Of a DNA stretch of 64,000 nucleotides, positions 35,529-44,547 are shown piece by piece. Numbering within the stretch: the stretch's first letter is position 1; every line of letters starts with the position of its first letter. Where the stretch lies: positions 1,233,948 through 1,297,947 of the forward strand of contig OZ242348.1 of NCBI GenBank assembly GCA_965208625.1, in the 5' to 3' direction. The position numbers and the translations under genes are program-made. Origin of the DNA: Dehalococcoidia bacterium. Its GTDB lineage: Bacteria; Chloroflexota; Dehalococcoidia; Lucifugimonadales; Australimonadaceae. Below the pieces are notes generated by a model. The model saw nothing but the letters and a program-made list of their open reading frames with translations. It ran no database searches and had not been told where the DNA came from.

Positions 35529-35726
35529 TCAAAGCTCGAAGATGGGCATTATCTCCCAATGCGTCCATACCCCGGAGTCGGTGTTGCACGGAGGCGGCGG
35601 GTTGCGGCGAGCGAACTCCTGCGCTTCCTTCTGGGTCTCGTAGGACTCGAGCCAGGACTCTCTGCCGTGCCTCTCGCACGAGGCTATCAACTGATACTTG
35701 CTCGGTTCTCCCAACTCTCCGGCCAT
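35529..35726 (-). CDS. small hypothetical protein (65 aa)
   Basis: ATG 35724-35726 with AAGGAG 10 nt upstream. MAGELGEPSKYQLIASCERHGRESWLESYETQKEAQEFARRNPPPPCNTDSGVWTHWEIMPIFEL. No family recognised. Confidence 0.4.
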   Translation of the reverse strand: MAGELGEPSKYQLIASCERHGRESWLESYETQKEAQEFARRNPPPPCNTDSGVWTHWEIMPIFEL

Positions 35727-35851
35727 GTTCCCTACTCTCCTTCTACCGTCCATCCCTCTCTTTTTCCGCTCCCGCCGTGCAGCATTGCATATAGTTCTCT
35801 AAACTTACCATCGCAGAGTCCGTCCCCGATACCGAACCACGGAGGAGCTCT

Positions 35852-37084
35852 ATGCTGACGAGCGACATGAACGACCAGCTGACGCAAGTGGGCCTCGGCA
35901 CGCCGATGGGCGAACTGATGCGCCGCTACTGGCACCCCATCGCCGCGAGCCTCGAGTTGACCGAAGAGAACCCCACGAAGGAGATACGTCTCCTCGGCGA
36001 GGACCTCGTGCTCTACCGGGACGCCAGCGGCAAGGTCGGTTGCATCGAGCCGTCGTGCGCCCACCGCAAAGCAAACCTCTCCTACGGCATCCCCGAGGAG
36101 AACGGGATCCGGTGCGCCTACCACGGCTGGATATTCAACGAGGCGGGACAGTGCGTCGACCAGCCGTCGGAGCCGGAGGGCTCGAAGTTCAAGGAGAAGG
36201 TGCGCATCAAGTCGTATCCCGTCGAGGAGAAGGGCGGCGTCATCCATGTCTACATGGGGCCGGACCCGGTTCCTGTGCTCCCGAACTGGGACCTGTACCA
36301 GTGGGAGGGTGTCGAGCGCTCCACGTACGCGGTGATGCTCCCGTGCAACTGGCTGCAGTGCCACGAGAACTCGCTCGACCCCGTGCACTTCCAGTGGCTG
36401 CACCGGTACTACGGGATGTGGCGCGCGTCCAAGATCATGGGCGAGGAGCGTCGCGACGAGTTCGACCGCATCTCGGCGGCACGCGGCAAGGCCCACGTGA
36501 AGATCGGGTTCGACCGGTTCGAATACGGCGTCATCAAGCGCCGGATGCTGGAGGGTGAGGACGAGCAGAGCGAGTGGTGGCGCATCGGCCACCCCATCCT
36601 TTTCCCGTACACCTTGCGCGTCGGCCAGGGGACCTGGTTCGAGTTCCAGCACCGCGTGCCTGTCGACGACACCCACACGCTGCACTTCGGTTACACGATC
36701 CGTACGCCGGAGCCGGGCGAAATCATCGAGCCTGGGCCGATGACACACGAGAACCGGCCCGCCTTCTTCGACAACGGCCGCATCAAGGACGACTGGGTGG
36801 TGGGGCAGGACCAGCTCGCGTGGATCATCCAAGGCCCGCGCATGGACAGGAGCACAGAGGCGTTGGGCGTCACGGACGTCGGCCTCATCATGTTCCGCAA
36901 CATGCTGAACGAGCAGATCAAGGTGGTGGAGGACGGCGGCGACCCGGTCAACGTGCACCGCAAGCAGCAGGAGATCATCGAGCTGCCGACCGAGTATGCG
37001 TGGTTCCCCGGCTACGAGCGCACCGGCGGCCCGTTCGCCGACCTGCAGCCGCAGCCCGTCGAGCTGGAGCGGGGCCTGCAGTAG
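35852..37084 (+). CDS. Rieske [2Fe-2S] non-heme iron oxygenase, alpha subunit, paralog 4
   Basis: MLTSDMNDQLTQVGLGTPMGELMRRYWHP; CAHRKANLSYG...CAYHGW; NWLQCHENSLDPVHFQWLH. GGAGGAG RBS. Confidence 0.9.
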   Translation: MLTSDMNDQLTQVGLGTPMGELMRRYWHPIAASLELTEENPTKEIRLLGEDLVLYRDASGKVGCIEPSCAHRKANLSYGIPEENGIRCAYHGWIFNEAGQCVDQPSEPEGSKFKEKVRIKSYPVEEKGGVIHVYMGPDPVPVLPNWDLYQWEGVERSTYAVMLPCNWLQCHENSLDPVHFQWLHRYYGMWRASKIMGEERRDEFDRISAARGKAHVKIGFDRFEYGVIKRRMLEGEDEQSEWWRIGHPILFPYTLRVGQGTWFEFQHRVPVDDTHTLHFGYTIRTPEPGEIIEPGPMTHENRPAFFDNGRIKDDWVVGQDQLAWIIQGPRMDRSTEALGVTDVGLIMFRNMLNEQIKVVEDGGDPVNVHRKQQEIIELPTEYAWFPGYERTGGPFADLQPQPVELERGLQ

Positions 37085-37132
37085 AACGCTCGGGACGCGG
37101 TACGGCCTGAGGCAAGGAAGTGGAGGCTCGCA

Positions 37133-38242
37133 ATGGTTAACGTCGACGGGGACACGCACTACTGGCCGACCCGGATGCTCGACCGGGTGACGCACCCGGG
37201 CAAGGGTGAAGTGCGCATCTACGATGGAGCAGCCGACTACATCCGCGATGGGAAGGCCATCTGGGAGCGCATCCCGGAGGGCCGATGGAACCTCGAGAAG
37301 CGCTATGCCGTCATGGACCGGGATGGCTTCGATCTCCAGGTCCTGATCCCCGACAACCGGCCGCTCCCTTACGAGGTGGAGCCCGAGCTTGGACGCCAGC
37401 TCGCGATCGCGTACAACGATACGGTTGCTGAGGACATCGCCGAGTATGACCGCTTCATCGGCGTTGCCTGGGTCTATCTCCCCGACGTCGAGGCGTCCGT
37501 GCGTGAGGTCCGCCGCGCCGTGGAGGAACTTGGACTGCAGGCCGTGAAGGTCATGGGGGCGTTCGGAGACCTCCACCTCAGCGACAAACGACTGTGGCCT
37601 TTCTACGAGGAGGTGGAGCGGCTGGACATCCCGGTGCTGGTCCACCCGGTGGCCGGCGTCGCTCAGAACCGGTTCTTCGCAACAGATACGCGAGTCGCGA
37701 ACCGCCCGGACCTCCTGGGAGTCGGGGCTCTGGGCCTGCCGTTCGAATACATGGCCGAGATCGCTCGGCTCGTATTCAGCGGCGTGTTCGACGAGTTTCC
37801 AACGCTCCGGCTCGGCTTCTTCGAGGGCGGCGTCGGATGGGTGCCGTTCCTGATGAACCGGCTGGACCACTCGATGTTGCGCGGGCACGAGGAAGAGCCG
37901 AACCCGAGGCATACGCTCGATCAGGGGCCGGAGACACTGCTCAGGAAGCCCAGCGAGTACTTCGAACAGATATACGTGGCAGCCGTCTCCTGGGAGACGT
38001 ACCTGCCGGAGATCCTCGCGCTGTGGCCCAACCACAACGTCATCATCGGCAGCGACTACGACCACGGGGACGCCATCGCGACGTGGCCGAGGACGATCGA
38101 GGGGCTCGACAACATCCCCGGCCTGTCGCCGGAAGACCGGCGCAAGATCCTGAGCGACAACGCCAGCCGGTTGTTCGGGTTCGACCGTCACCCGGAGCGC
38201 CTGCCGTCCGGGCGACTTCGCGCATCACCGACTCCGGCGTAG
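37133..38242 (+). CDS. amidohydrolase-2 (ACMSD/LigW-type) family metal-dependent hydrolase or decarboxylase
   Basis: 369 aa. N-terminal VDGDTHYW, central VLVHP, C-terminal VIIGSDYDHGD. Lies 48 nt downstream of Rieske paralog 4. Confidence 0.85.
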   Translation: MVNVDGDTHYWPTRMLDRVTHPGKGEVRIYDGAADYIRDGKAIWERIPEGRWNLEKRYAVMDRDGFDLQVLIPDNRPLPYEVEPELGRQLAIAYNDTVAEDIAEYDRFIGVAWVYLPDVEASVREVRRAVEELGLQAVKVMGAFGDLHLSDKRLWPFYEEVERLDIPVLVHPVAGVAQNRFFATDTRVANRPDLLGVGALGLPFEYMAEIARLVFSGVFDEFPTLRLGFFEGGVGWVPFLMNRLDHSMLRGHEEEPNPRHTLDQGPETLLRKPSEYFEQIYVAAVSWETYLPEILALWPNHNVIIGSDYDHGDAIATWPRTIEGLDNIPGLSPEDRRKILSDNASRLFGFDRHPERLPSGRLRASPTPA

Positions 38243-38259
38243 CGTCCGGCGTTCGGGGG

Positions 38260-38300
38260 CCCGAGAGATGCTTCGGCTCTGCTCAGCATGACACATCCCA
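38260..38300. repeat. intergenic repeat family B, copy 1 (CCCGAGAGA-N-GCTTCGG-N4-GCTCAGCATGACA...)
   Basis: About 34 of 41 positions match 46527-46567, including an exact 13-mer GCTCAGCATGACA. Both copies sit just 3' of a plus-strand gene. Confidence 0.6.
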
Positions 38301-38373
38301 TGCCTGACCACTGCAGGGCGCCCATGAAGGACGCCCTACAGCAGTCAGCGCCTCCAGTCCCACCGGTTCACCC

Positions 38374-38841
38374 TCACTTCCGCATCAAGTGTGAGACAGA
38401 CTCCGGCTCCATCCCTTCGAGGGAGCGGGCGATGCGCGACATGAGCCAGGGGCCATCGCGCTCGTCACCGGCGGGGCCGCCGAAGGTGCGGCGGGGTTTC
38501 AGGAGGGGTTCACGCATAGGACAGGCGCAGGTCTCACCTTGCAACCCCATGAGGTTGGCCTCCGCGTAGCCGTGGACGATGGCAGTGATGACGCGGGTGG
38601 GATCCGGGGTGCGTCTGTTGCGGGCGCATTGCTTCAGGTAGGCGTCGATGGGCGCAAAGGCCAGCACCGGGGCGGAAACGCGGATGGCGGCCTCGATGAG
38701 ATCAAAGACCTCCGGCAAGGGTTCCTCCTGATCCAGAGCCTGCTGCCAGCGGTCCGCGAAGTTCTCGGCGACGGGCAAGAGAGCGGCCTGGGCGCGGAGG
38801 CAGGCGAGGTAGCGTTCCAGCGTCTTGAGGCGGGCGGTCAC
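38374..38841 (-). CDS. hypothetical protein
   Basis: 155-aa ORF whose start overlaps the stop of the upstream HTH gene by 4 nt. No family recognised. Confidence 0.5.
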   Translation of the reverse strand: MTARLKTLERYLACLRAQAALLPVAENFADRWQQALDQEEPLPEVFDLIEAAIRVSAPVLAFAPIDAYLKQCARNRRTPDPTRVITAIVHGYAEANLMGLQGETCACPMREPLLKPRRTFGGPAGDERDGPWLMSRIARSLEGMEPESVSHLMRK

Positions 38842-39290
38842 CGGGCACCGCGCTGGTTCTTCAGCATGCTGATGGCGTAGTCCATGATGTCGATCCGGTT
38901 CCGTATCTCGCTGAGTTCCTTGAGCCTGAATGCGTTCTGGAGAGCAGTCCGGACTGCGGCGTTCCGGACGTGAGGGTCGGGGCTTTCAAGGAGGTCGGCG
39001 AGGGCGATAACGCTCTTCAGGGCGAGGCCGTTGATCTCGGCGAAAGCGAGGTCGGCCACATGGCGGCGGGCCTGTTCAATCTCGGCACGGAAGTTGGGGT
39101 CCTGCATCCACCGGCTGAGGGTGTTGCGGCCGATGCGGGCGGCCTGCGCGCCCTTGCGCTGCGAAGGGGCTGAGACGATATAAGGGATCGCCAGCATCTG
39201 TTTGGGCGTGAGTTGCGCGGGCACGGGCGGCGCAGCGCCGCCTTCGCTGCTGTCGGGGTCTCGCTGAATCCTGGCTCTATCTTGCACCAT
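38838..39290 (-). CDS. helix-turn-helix protein, mobile-element/phage-like
   Basis: 150 aa. LTPKQMLAIPYIVSAPSQRKGAQAARIGRNTLSRWMQDPNFRAEIEQARR resembles HTH proteins commonly found on phage and island backbones. Confidence 0.55.
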   Translation of the reverse strand: MVQDRARIQRDPDSSEGGAAPPVPAQLTPKQMLAIPYIVSAPSQRKGAQAARIGRNTLSRWMQDPNFRAEIEQARRHVADLAFAEINGLALKSVIALADLLESPDPHVRNAAVRTALQNAFRLKELSEIRNRIDIMDYAISMLKNQRGAR

Positions 39291-39566
39291 TTGGCACCAT
39301 CCACTCTTGAATTCCGGCGTTCAAGCGGGGCCACCGCGGGGCCTTCCGAGGCCGTTTCAGGGACGGTCCGAGGGTGAACGGGGCAGGCATGGGGCCACAA
39401 CGGAGCCACCCCTCCTGCCTCCGTCCACGCGGTCCGAGCCGTGGCCCGCCGCGCCGGTCAGACCATCGTAGGGAGAGGCGCGGCGTCCGCGCAACGGGCG
39501 CGTGTCACAAATGTGACGGGGAGAAGGAAATATAATAGAAGGCCAATCACAAAGGGAGTTCAACGC

Positions 39567-40574
39567 ATGACCAGCGACTCGCTTCTTGCCCATCTCGCCT
39601 GGAGGTTCCCGGGCGCCACCGAAGACATCGCAACCGAGGCTCTCCTGTACATCCTCCGTAAGCAGGAGGGTGCTCGGACCGCCCTAGCCGAGCTGCTGAG
39701 GTCGGGCGGCGCGAACCCCGAACCGATGGACTCCTTCGACACGCAGCGCGTCTACCAGCAATCCAAGAAGCCTGACCTCGTTGCCTTCAACGGGGAGAGA
39801 GCGGTGTTGCTAGTCGAGTCGAAGTTCCAGGCTTCGCTTACTCCTCACCAGCCAAACGGATATCTCAGCCTGATGAGGGACGAGCTGCGAGAGGCCAAAA
39901 GCCTGCTCTTCATCGCCCCGGAGGCCAGGCAGAGCGGGCTGTGGGATGAGTTGTGGGAGCAGGCAGGCAAGCAGTTTGAGGTGACCGACGAGCAAACCGC
40001 AGGCGGCGTGCAGAGCGCGACCGTGGGCAACGGCGGCCTCCGGCTCATGCTGACCAGTTGGGATACACTCCTTAACTGCTTGGAGCACAGCGGAACCGAC
40101 GTAGACGGCGACCTGCGGCAGTTGAGAGGACTATGCGCTCCGGCCAGTGATGATCCGCTCCTGACAAGTGGTGTTCCAGCAAACCTGGCAGCTGTCAGTC
40201 ACTTCGAAACACTCATCAAGCGCGCCGTCGCTCTGGCCAAGGAGAGGGGATACATCAGCACGAGAGGTCTCCGACCCTCACGCTGGCAGGGCAACTATGG
40301 GAGATTTGTTTGGTTCGTGAACCCTGCGGGCCAGAGGCTGGCCGTAGCCAGAATTGGGGTTGACTTCTCCCAGACCGGGTCCCCACTCTTTCTCTTGTTC
40401 ATCGATAACCTTGGTCAGTTCACATCAGACCAGATGGAAGAAATACGTGCCCGTCTCGGGGGTGATTTGCATCTCTCCATTTCGATTCCCCCTCGAGCAG
40501 CCTACGCGGTTGCCCTCGAAGCCGTAGTCGACAAGCTGCAGGAGATTAGGGGGCGGCTCACAATCTCTGGGTAG
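39567..40574 (+). CDS. PD-(D/E)XK nuclease superfamily protein
   Basis: Start set at the ATG 39567 (GGGAG upstream). Core KKPDLVAFNGERAVLLVESKFQA supplies the D...E-x-K triad in the expected strand context. Confidence 0.55.
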   Translation: MTSDSLLAHLAWRFPGATEDIATEALLYILRKQEGARTALAELLRSGGANPEPMDSFDTQRVYQQSKKPDLVAFNGERAVLLVESKFQASLTPHQPNGYLSLMRDELREAKSLLFIAPEARQSGLWDELWEQAGKQFEVTDEQTAGGVQSATVGNGGLRLMLTSWDTLLNCLEHSGTDVDGDLRQLRGLCAPASDDPLLTSGVPANLAAVSHFETLIKRAVALAKERGYISTRGLRPSRWQGNYGRFVWFVNPAGQRLAVARIGVDFSQTGSPLFLLFIDNLGQFTSDQMEEIRARLGGDLHLSISIPPRAAYAVALEAVVDKLQEIRGRLTISG

Positions 40575-40706
40575 GGCGCTTCGACAAGGAACCCTTGAGG
40601 AGTAAGGGATCATGAACATCAATGAACTGTATCTGCCGCGCGCCCCGGAGCGGGTCTATCAGGCTGCTCCGACGTGGGGGCCATTTTCACCAGGTAGTGC
40701 CTAGCC

Positions 40707-41558
40707 ATGACCACTCCACTGCGCATACTGCCTGAGCGGCTTGTCGAGAACTTGGAGAGCGCGGCGTACCGGTACGCAGTTACTTACCCGAACATCCCGC
40801 ACTACTACACGGTCGCGAAGACGTGGGCCGATCACAAGGATGGCATGAGCGAGGAGCTCATGTGGACGGTGTGGGAGATGCGGAAGCACGACGTGATGCG
40901 TCCGTTCATGGGACGGGAGCAGTACTACCTGGACGTTAACGGCTTCTCCTACTGGACGATGGTCCCACGAGACGAGGAGACGATGCTCATCAACCGGCAG
41001 TATTCGACGCACGGCGCGTACGACTCGCCGTTCGACGCCATCGCGCACCGGTACGACGACTCGGAGAAGCCGTGGTGGGTCGTGAAGGACGAACGCGAGG
41101 CGCTATATGAGCCCGCCGCGCCGTCGAGACGGGTGCTCGACATCGGGTGTGGGACGGGGCTGCTGGCGGACTACTGCTACCGGGAGGTCGACCGCGAGCG
41201 GTACGTCGGCATCGACCCGAGTGCGGGAATGCTGGCGAAGTTCGCGCTGAAGCACCCGGACTACAGGGCGGATGCGACGCTGCTCCGCACGACGTTCGAG
41301 GACTACGAGACGCCGCTGCGGTTCGACACGATCGTCGCGATGGCGGGGTCGGCGTCGCACGTCACAGGGGTGGACGTCGTGGAGAAGGCGCAGCACCTGC
41401 TCGCGCCGGGAGGGCGCGCGTTCCTGATGTTTTACCGCGACTCCGCGGCTGCGTTCGAGCGGGTGGGGATCGAGGCGCCGCAGCTTGCGGCTACTCCGAG
41501 CGGGGCCGTGGAGGACGGGGAGTACGAGGTGGTGGAGTTCACGCGGGAGGCGGAGTAG
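40707..41558 (+). CDS. class I SAM-dependent methyltransferase with an unrecognised ~130-aa N-terminal domain
   Basis: Motif I VLDIGCGTGLLADY and post-I IDPSAGML. The N-terminal region (YPNIPHYYTVAKTW...) matches nothing I recognise. No DPPY/NPPY or PCQ DNA-methyltransferase motif seen. Confidence 0.65.
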   Translation: MTTPLRILPERLVENLESAAYRYAVTYPNIPHYYTVAKTWADHKDGMSEELMWTVWEMRKHDVMRPFMGREQYYLDVNGFSYWTMVPRDEETMLINRQYSTHGAYDSPFDAIAHRYDDSEKPWWVVKDEREALYEPAAPSRRVLDIGCGTGLLADYCYREVDRERYVGIDPSAGMLAKFALKHPDYRADATLLRTTFEDYETPLRFDTIVAMAGSASHVTGVDVVEKAQHLLAPGGRAFLMFYRDSAAAFERVGIEAPQLAATPSGAVEDGEYEVVEFTREAE

Positions 41559-41602
41559 GCGAGGCAGCACCTCCCAGCCCCGCCGGTTCACCCTCTCCCT
41601 AA

Positions 41603-41625
41603 CCCTCTCCCCTCAAGGGAGAGGG
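41603..41625. repeat. REP-like palindromic element family A, copy 1
   Basis: 9-bp stem CCCTCTCCC / GGGAGAGGG with loop CTCAA. Same stem as 43119-43142, with similar flanks (TCACCCT...CCCTCTCCCCT...GGGAGAGGGGA). Confidence 0.65.
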
Positions 41626-41703
41626 GACCGGACAGGGCACCCACCAGGGATGCCCCTACACCAGGCAGGGGGCGAGATTCCCGCCCTCGGGGGAATGACG
41701 GCG

Positions 41704-42558
41704 TTACCGCGTGGCGGGGCCGCCGTGCTGCTGCTGGCCGAGGCGATTGTAGGTGACCGGCGTCGTGACCAGCAGGCCGGCGTCGACGGGCAGGACTACG
41801 CCCGTGATCCAGCGGGCCTCGTCGCTGGCGAGGAAGACCGCGGCCCATCCGATGTCCCACGCGGTACCCTCGGTGCCGAGCACACCGGCCTCACGCCGTA
41901 TCTGGCGCAGGTCGTCGTCCATGCGAGGGGCGACCATGGGGGTGTAGACGAGGCCGGGGGCGATGCAGTTGACGCGGATGCCGTCGCGCCCGTGGTCGCC
42001 GGCCATCGACTGGGTGAGCCCGACGACCGCAGCCTTGGAGGTGGTGTACGGGGTGCTGCTGTTGGCGCGCAGCCCGGCGATGGACGAGAGGGTGATGATG
42101 GAGCCGCCCCCTCCTTTCCTCATCTCCGGTATGGCGTACTTCGAGGCGAGGACGATGCTCTTGACGTTCACCGCCATGATGTGGTCCCACTGCTCCTCAG
42201 TGACGTCGGTGACGTCGGCGCGGGTGGAGATGCCAACGTTGTTGTGGAGGATGTCCAGTCGACCGAAACGCTCGACCGCCGTCTGCACCATCGCCTCGCA
42301 GTCGGCGGCGCTCGTCACGTCGGCGGCCATGGCGAACGCAGTGCCGCCCTCGGCTTCGATCAGGCCGAGGGTCTCCTGGGCGCGATCGAGCTCGCGGTCG
42401 ACGAGAAGCACCTTTGCGCCCTCGCGCGCGAAGAGGATGGAGGCGGCCTTGCCGTTCCCGATCCCCGGGCCGCTCGATCCGGCCCCCGTTACGATTGCCA
42501 CTTTGCCTGCGAGCCTGTCTGCCACGCTACTCCTCCTCTGAGTCGCTGTCGTCGTCAA
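41704..42558 (-). CDS. short-chain dehydrogenase/reductase (SDR)
   Basis: GKVAIVTGAGSSGPGIG cofactor loop and YTTSKAAVVGLTQS active site. An alternative GTG start at 42525 would remove the overlap with the upstream small ORF. Confidence 0.9.
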   Translation of the reverse strand: MTTTATQRRSSVADRLAGKVAIVTGAGSSGPGIGNGKAASILFAREGAKVLLVDRELDRAQETLGLIEAEGGTAFAMAADVTSAADCEAMVQTAVERFGRLDILHNNVGISTRADVTDVTEEQWDHIMAVNVKSIVLASKYAIPEMRKGGGGSIITLSSIAGLRANSSTPYTTSKAAVVGLTQSMAGDHGRDGIRVNCIAPGLVYTPMVAPRMDDDLRQIRREAGVLGTEGTAWDIGWAAVFLASDEARWITGVVLPVDAGLLVTTPVTYNRLGQQQHGGPATR

Positions 42559-42742
42559 CGAGGCCGCTCACCATGGGGTGTCCCGCGAGCAGGCCGGACA
42601 TCTCCGTGACGCGCCCCTCGAATATCTTGCCCTCGATGGCGGACTCGACCTGCGCGTACCAGCCGTCGACGAGCTTGAACAGCTTGATGGTGAGGTGACC
42701 GTCGCGTACAACGATCTCGTCTGCAGCCTCCGGCCACCGCAT
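42527..42742 (-). CDS. small protein with an acidic tail (71 aa), hypothetical
   Basis: ATG 42740-42742 with a perfect AAGGAGG 7 nt upstream. MRWPEAADEIVVRDGHLTIKLFKLVDGWYAQVESAIEGKIFEGRVTEMSGLLAGHPMVSGLVDDDSDSEEE. Its stop lies 1 nt before the candidate GTG start of the SDR. Confidence 0.45.
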   Translation of the reverse strand: MRWPEAADEIVVRDGHLTIKLFKLVDGWYAQVESAIEGKIFEGRVTEMSGLLAGHPMVSGLVDDDSDSEEE

Positions 42743-42838
42743 AGGCTGGCCTCCTTCGCTGCGGCGCATCTTCCGCTACGCGCGTCTCAGGCGCAAGCGG
42801 CGACGCCGTGTCAGTAGGAGCACGTGTAGCATTAAGGC

Positions 42839-43081
42839 ATGAAGAAAGCCATCAACTTCACGATAGACGAAGGACTACTCGAACGACTGGACAGTTGCAC
42901 GGAGGTACGCGTGCGCGGACGCTCCGCGGTGGTCAGGGAGGCTCTCACCCATTACCTAGACCGAAAGATGAGCGAGGAGGAGGCCGAGGCAATCCAACGC
43001 GCTTATGAACAGGCGTACGGGCCGGGCACGCCACCCGACGAGTTGGAGGACTGGGCGGCGGAAGCAGTGTGGTTGGAGTAG
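42839..43081 (+). CDS. ribbon-helix-helix (CopG/MetJ-type) protein, antitoxin-like, no adjacent toxin
   Basis: 80 aa. MKKAINFTIDEGLLERLD...RSAVVREALTHYL is a typical RHH N-terminus. Confidence 0.65.
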   Translation: MKKAINFTIDEGLLERLDSCTEVRVRGRSAVVREALTHYLDRKMSEEEAEAIQRAYEQAYGPGTPPDELEDWAAEAVWLE

Positions 43082-43118
43082 CACGCCACCACCCTGCCCC
43101 CGCAGTACCTCACCCTAG

Positions 43119-43142
43119 CCCTCTCCCCTTGCTGGGAGAGGG
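43119..43142. repeat. REP-like palindromic element family A, copy 2
   Basis: 9-bp stem CCCTCTCCC / GGGAGAGGG with loop CTTGCT, located between convergent genes. Confidence 0.65.
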
Positions 43143-43155
43143 GATTCCCGAACGC

Positions 43156-44421
43156 CTACGCGAAGTTGGCGTCTATCTCCGGAGCGAGTTGCGCCTCGAT
43201 GAGCGGTTTGAGGTTCGGCTTGTCGCGGTAGGGGCCGCCGGTGACGTCGTAGCCGGGATAGTAGGAGTGCTCCTGCGGCAGGACGATGACGCCCTTGTCC
43301 TCACGATGGACGTTTATGGGCTCGCCGCCGTCCTCTACGATCTGTATCTGTTCCTCGAGCACCTTGCGGTAGAGGATGATGCCGATGTCTGTAACGCCGA
43401 GCGACTCAGTGGTGCGGTCGCTGATGGGACCCTGCATGATCCAGGCAGCCTGGTCCTGGCCGAGCACCCAGTCGGCGCGGATGCGTCCGTCGTTCTTGAA
43501 CACGTTCTCGTATTTGTACGGAATCTCGGCCTGCTCGACGACCTCGCCCGCCTCCGGCACGCGCACGCGCAGGACGATGTGGTACGTGTGGGTGTCGTCC
43601 ATCGGGACTCGCATCTGGAAGCCGTGGTTGCGCTGCTGGCCAACGCGGAGGATGTTGGGGAACAGCACCGGGTGACCGATGCGCCACCACTCGTTCTCCT
43701 CGGTGTCGCCCTGCATCAGGCGACGCTTGATGACGCCGTACTCGAACCGGTCGAAGCCGACCTTCACCTCGTGACGGCCGCGCGCGCCGTCTCCCTGCAT
43801 CTGCTTCTTCCAGGCCTCGCGCTCTTCCGGCGGCTTCTCCATGCCGAGCACGTAGGAGCCCCAGTAGTTGTGCAGCCACTCGAAGTGCACGGGGTCGAGT
43901 GAGTTGTCCATGCACTGGAGCCAGTTGCAGGGCAACTCCATCGCTACGACCCAGCGCTCGACGTTGTCCCATTCGAGGAGGTCCCAGCGCGGGAGCATGG
44001 GCACCGGCGAGGGTCCCATGTACGCGAAGACGATGCCCGCTTTCTCCTGCACCGGGTACGCCTTGATGCGGACCTTGTCCTTGAACTTGGAGCCCTCAGG
44101 CTCGGACGGCTGATCGACGCACTGGCCGGTCTCGTTGAATATCCAGCCGTGGTAGGCACAGCGAATGCCGTTCTCCTCAGGGATGCCGTAGGAGAGGTTC
44201 GCCTTGCGGTGGGCACACGACGGCTCGATGAGGCCGAGCGTGCCCTTCGCGTCGCGGTAGAGGACGAGATCCTCGCCGAGGATGCGTACTTCCTTCGTGG
44301 GGTTGTCGGCGTTCAGTTCGGCGCTCGGGGCGATGGGGTGCCAGTAGCGCCGGAGCAACTCGCCCATCGGCGTGCCCGGTCCGACCCGTGTGAGGCGCTG
44401 GTTCTGTGCTGCGGTGAGCAT
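43156..44421 (-). CDS. Rieske [2Fe-2S] non-heme iron oxygenase, alpha subunit, paralog 5
   Basis: Start set at the ATG 44419-44421 (AGGAGG 7 nt upstream), giving MLTAAQNQRLTRVGPGTPMGELLRRYWHP. Shows CAHRKANLSYG...CAYHGW and NWLQCMDNSLDPVHFEWLH. Closest to paralog 4. Confidence 0.9.
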   Translation of the reverse strand: MLTAAQNQRLTRVGPGTPMGELLRRYWHPIAPSAELNADNPTKEVRILGEDLVLYRDAKGTLGLIEPSCAHRKANLSYGIPEENGIRCAYHGWIFNETGQCVDQPSEPEGSKFKDKVRIKAYPVQEKAGIVFAYMGPSPVPMLPRWDLLEWDNVERWVVAMELPCNWLQCMDNSLDPVHFEWLHNYWGSYVLGMEKPPEEREAWKKQMQGDGARGRHEVKVGFDRFEYGVIKRRLMQGDTEENEWWRIGHPVLFPNILRVGQQRNHGFQMRVPMDDTHTYHIVLRVRVPEAGEVVEQAEIPYKYENVFKNDGRIRADWVLGQDQAAWIMQGPISDRTTESLGVTDIGIILYRKVLEEQIQIVEDGGEPINVHREDKGVIVLPQEHSYYPGYDVTGGPYRDKPNLKPLIEAQLAPEIDANFA

Positions 44422-44547
44422 CCACATACCTCCTTCAGAGGCTGTTCGTTCTGCCGGGGCTAATGATACTCTCGCGCGCAAGGGCTTGCGAGAGCGAGGC
44501 ATGCAGGCATCGCACTTCTCCACTATCGCGCCGCCGGAGTTCGCCGC

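Noticed and set aside
35732-38191. 819-aa minus-strand ORF
   Set aside because: Antisense shadow of Rieske paralog 4 plus the amidohydrolase. It has low-complexity composition, no motifs, and spans two independently supported plus-strand genes.
40612-40698. 28-codon ORF (MNINELYLPRAPERVYQAAPTWGPFSPG) with a GAGGAG RBS between the nuclease-like and methyltransferase genes
   Set aside because: It is too short and has no recognisable features to support as a gene from sequence alone. It may be a leader peptide, but I have no evidence beyond the RBS.
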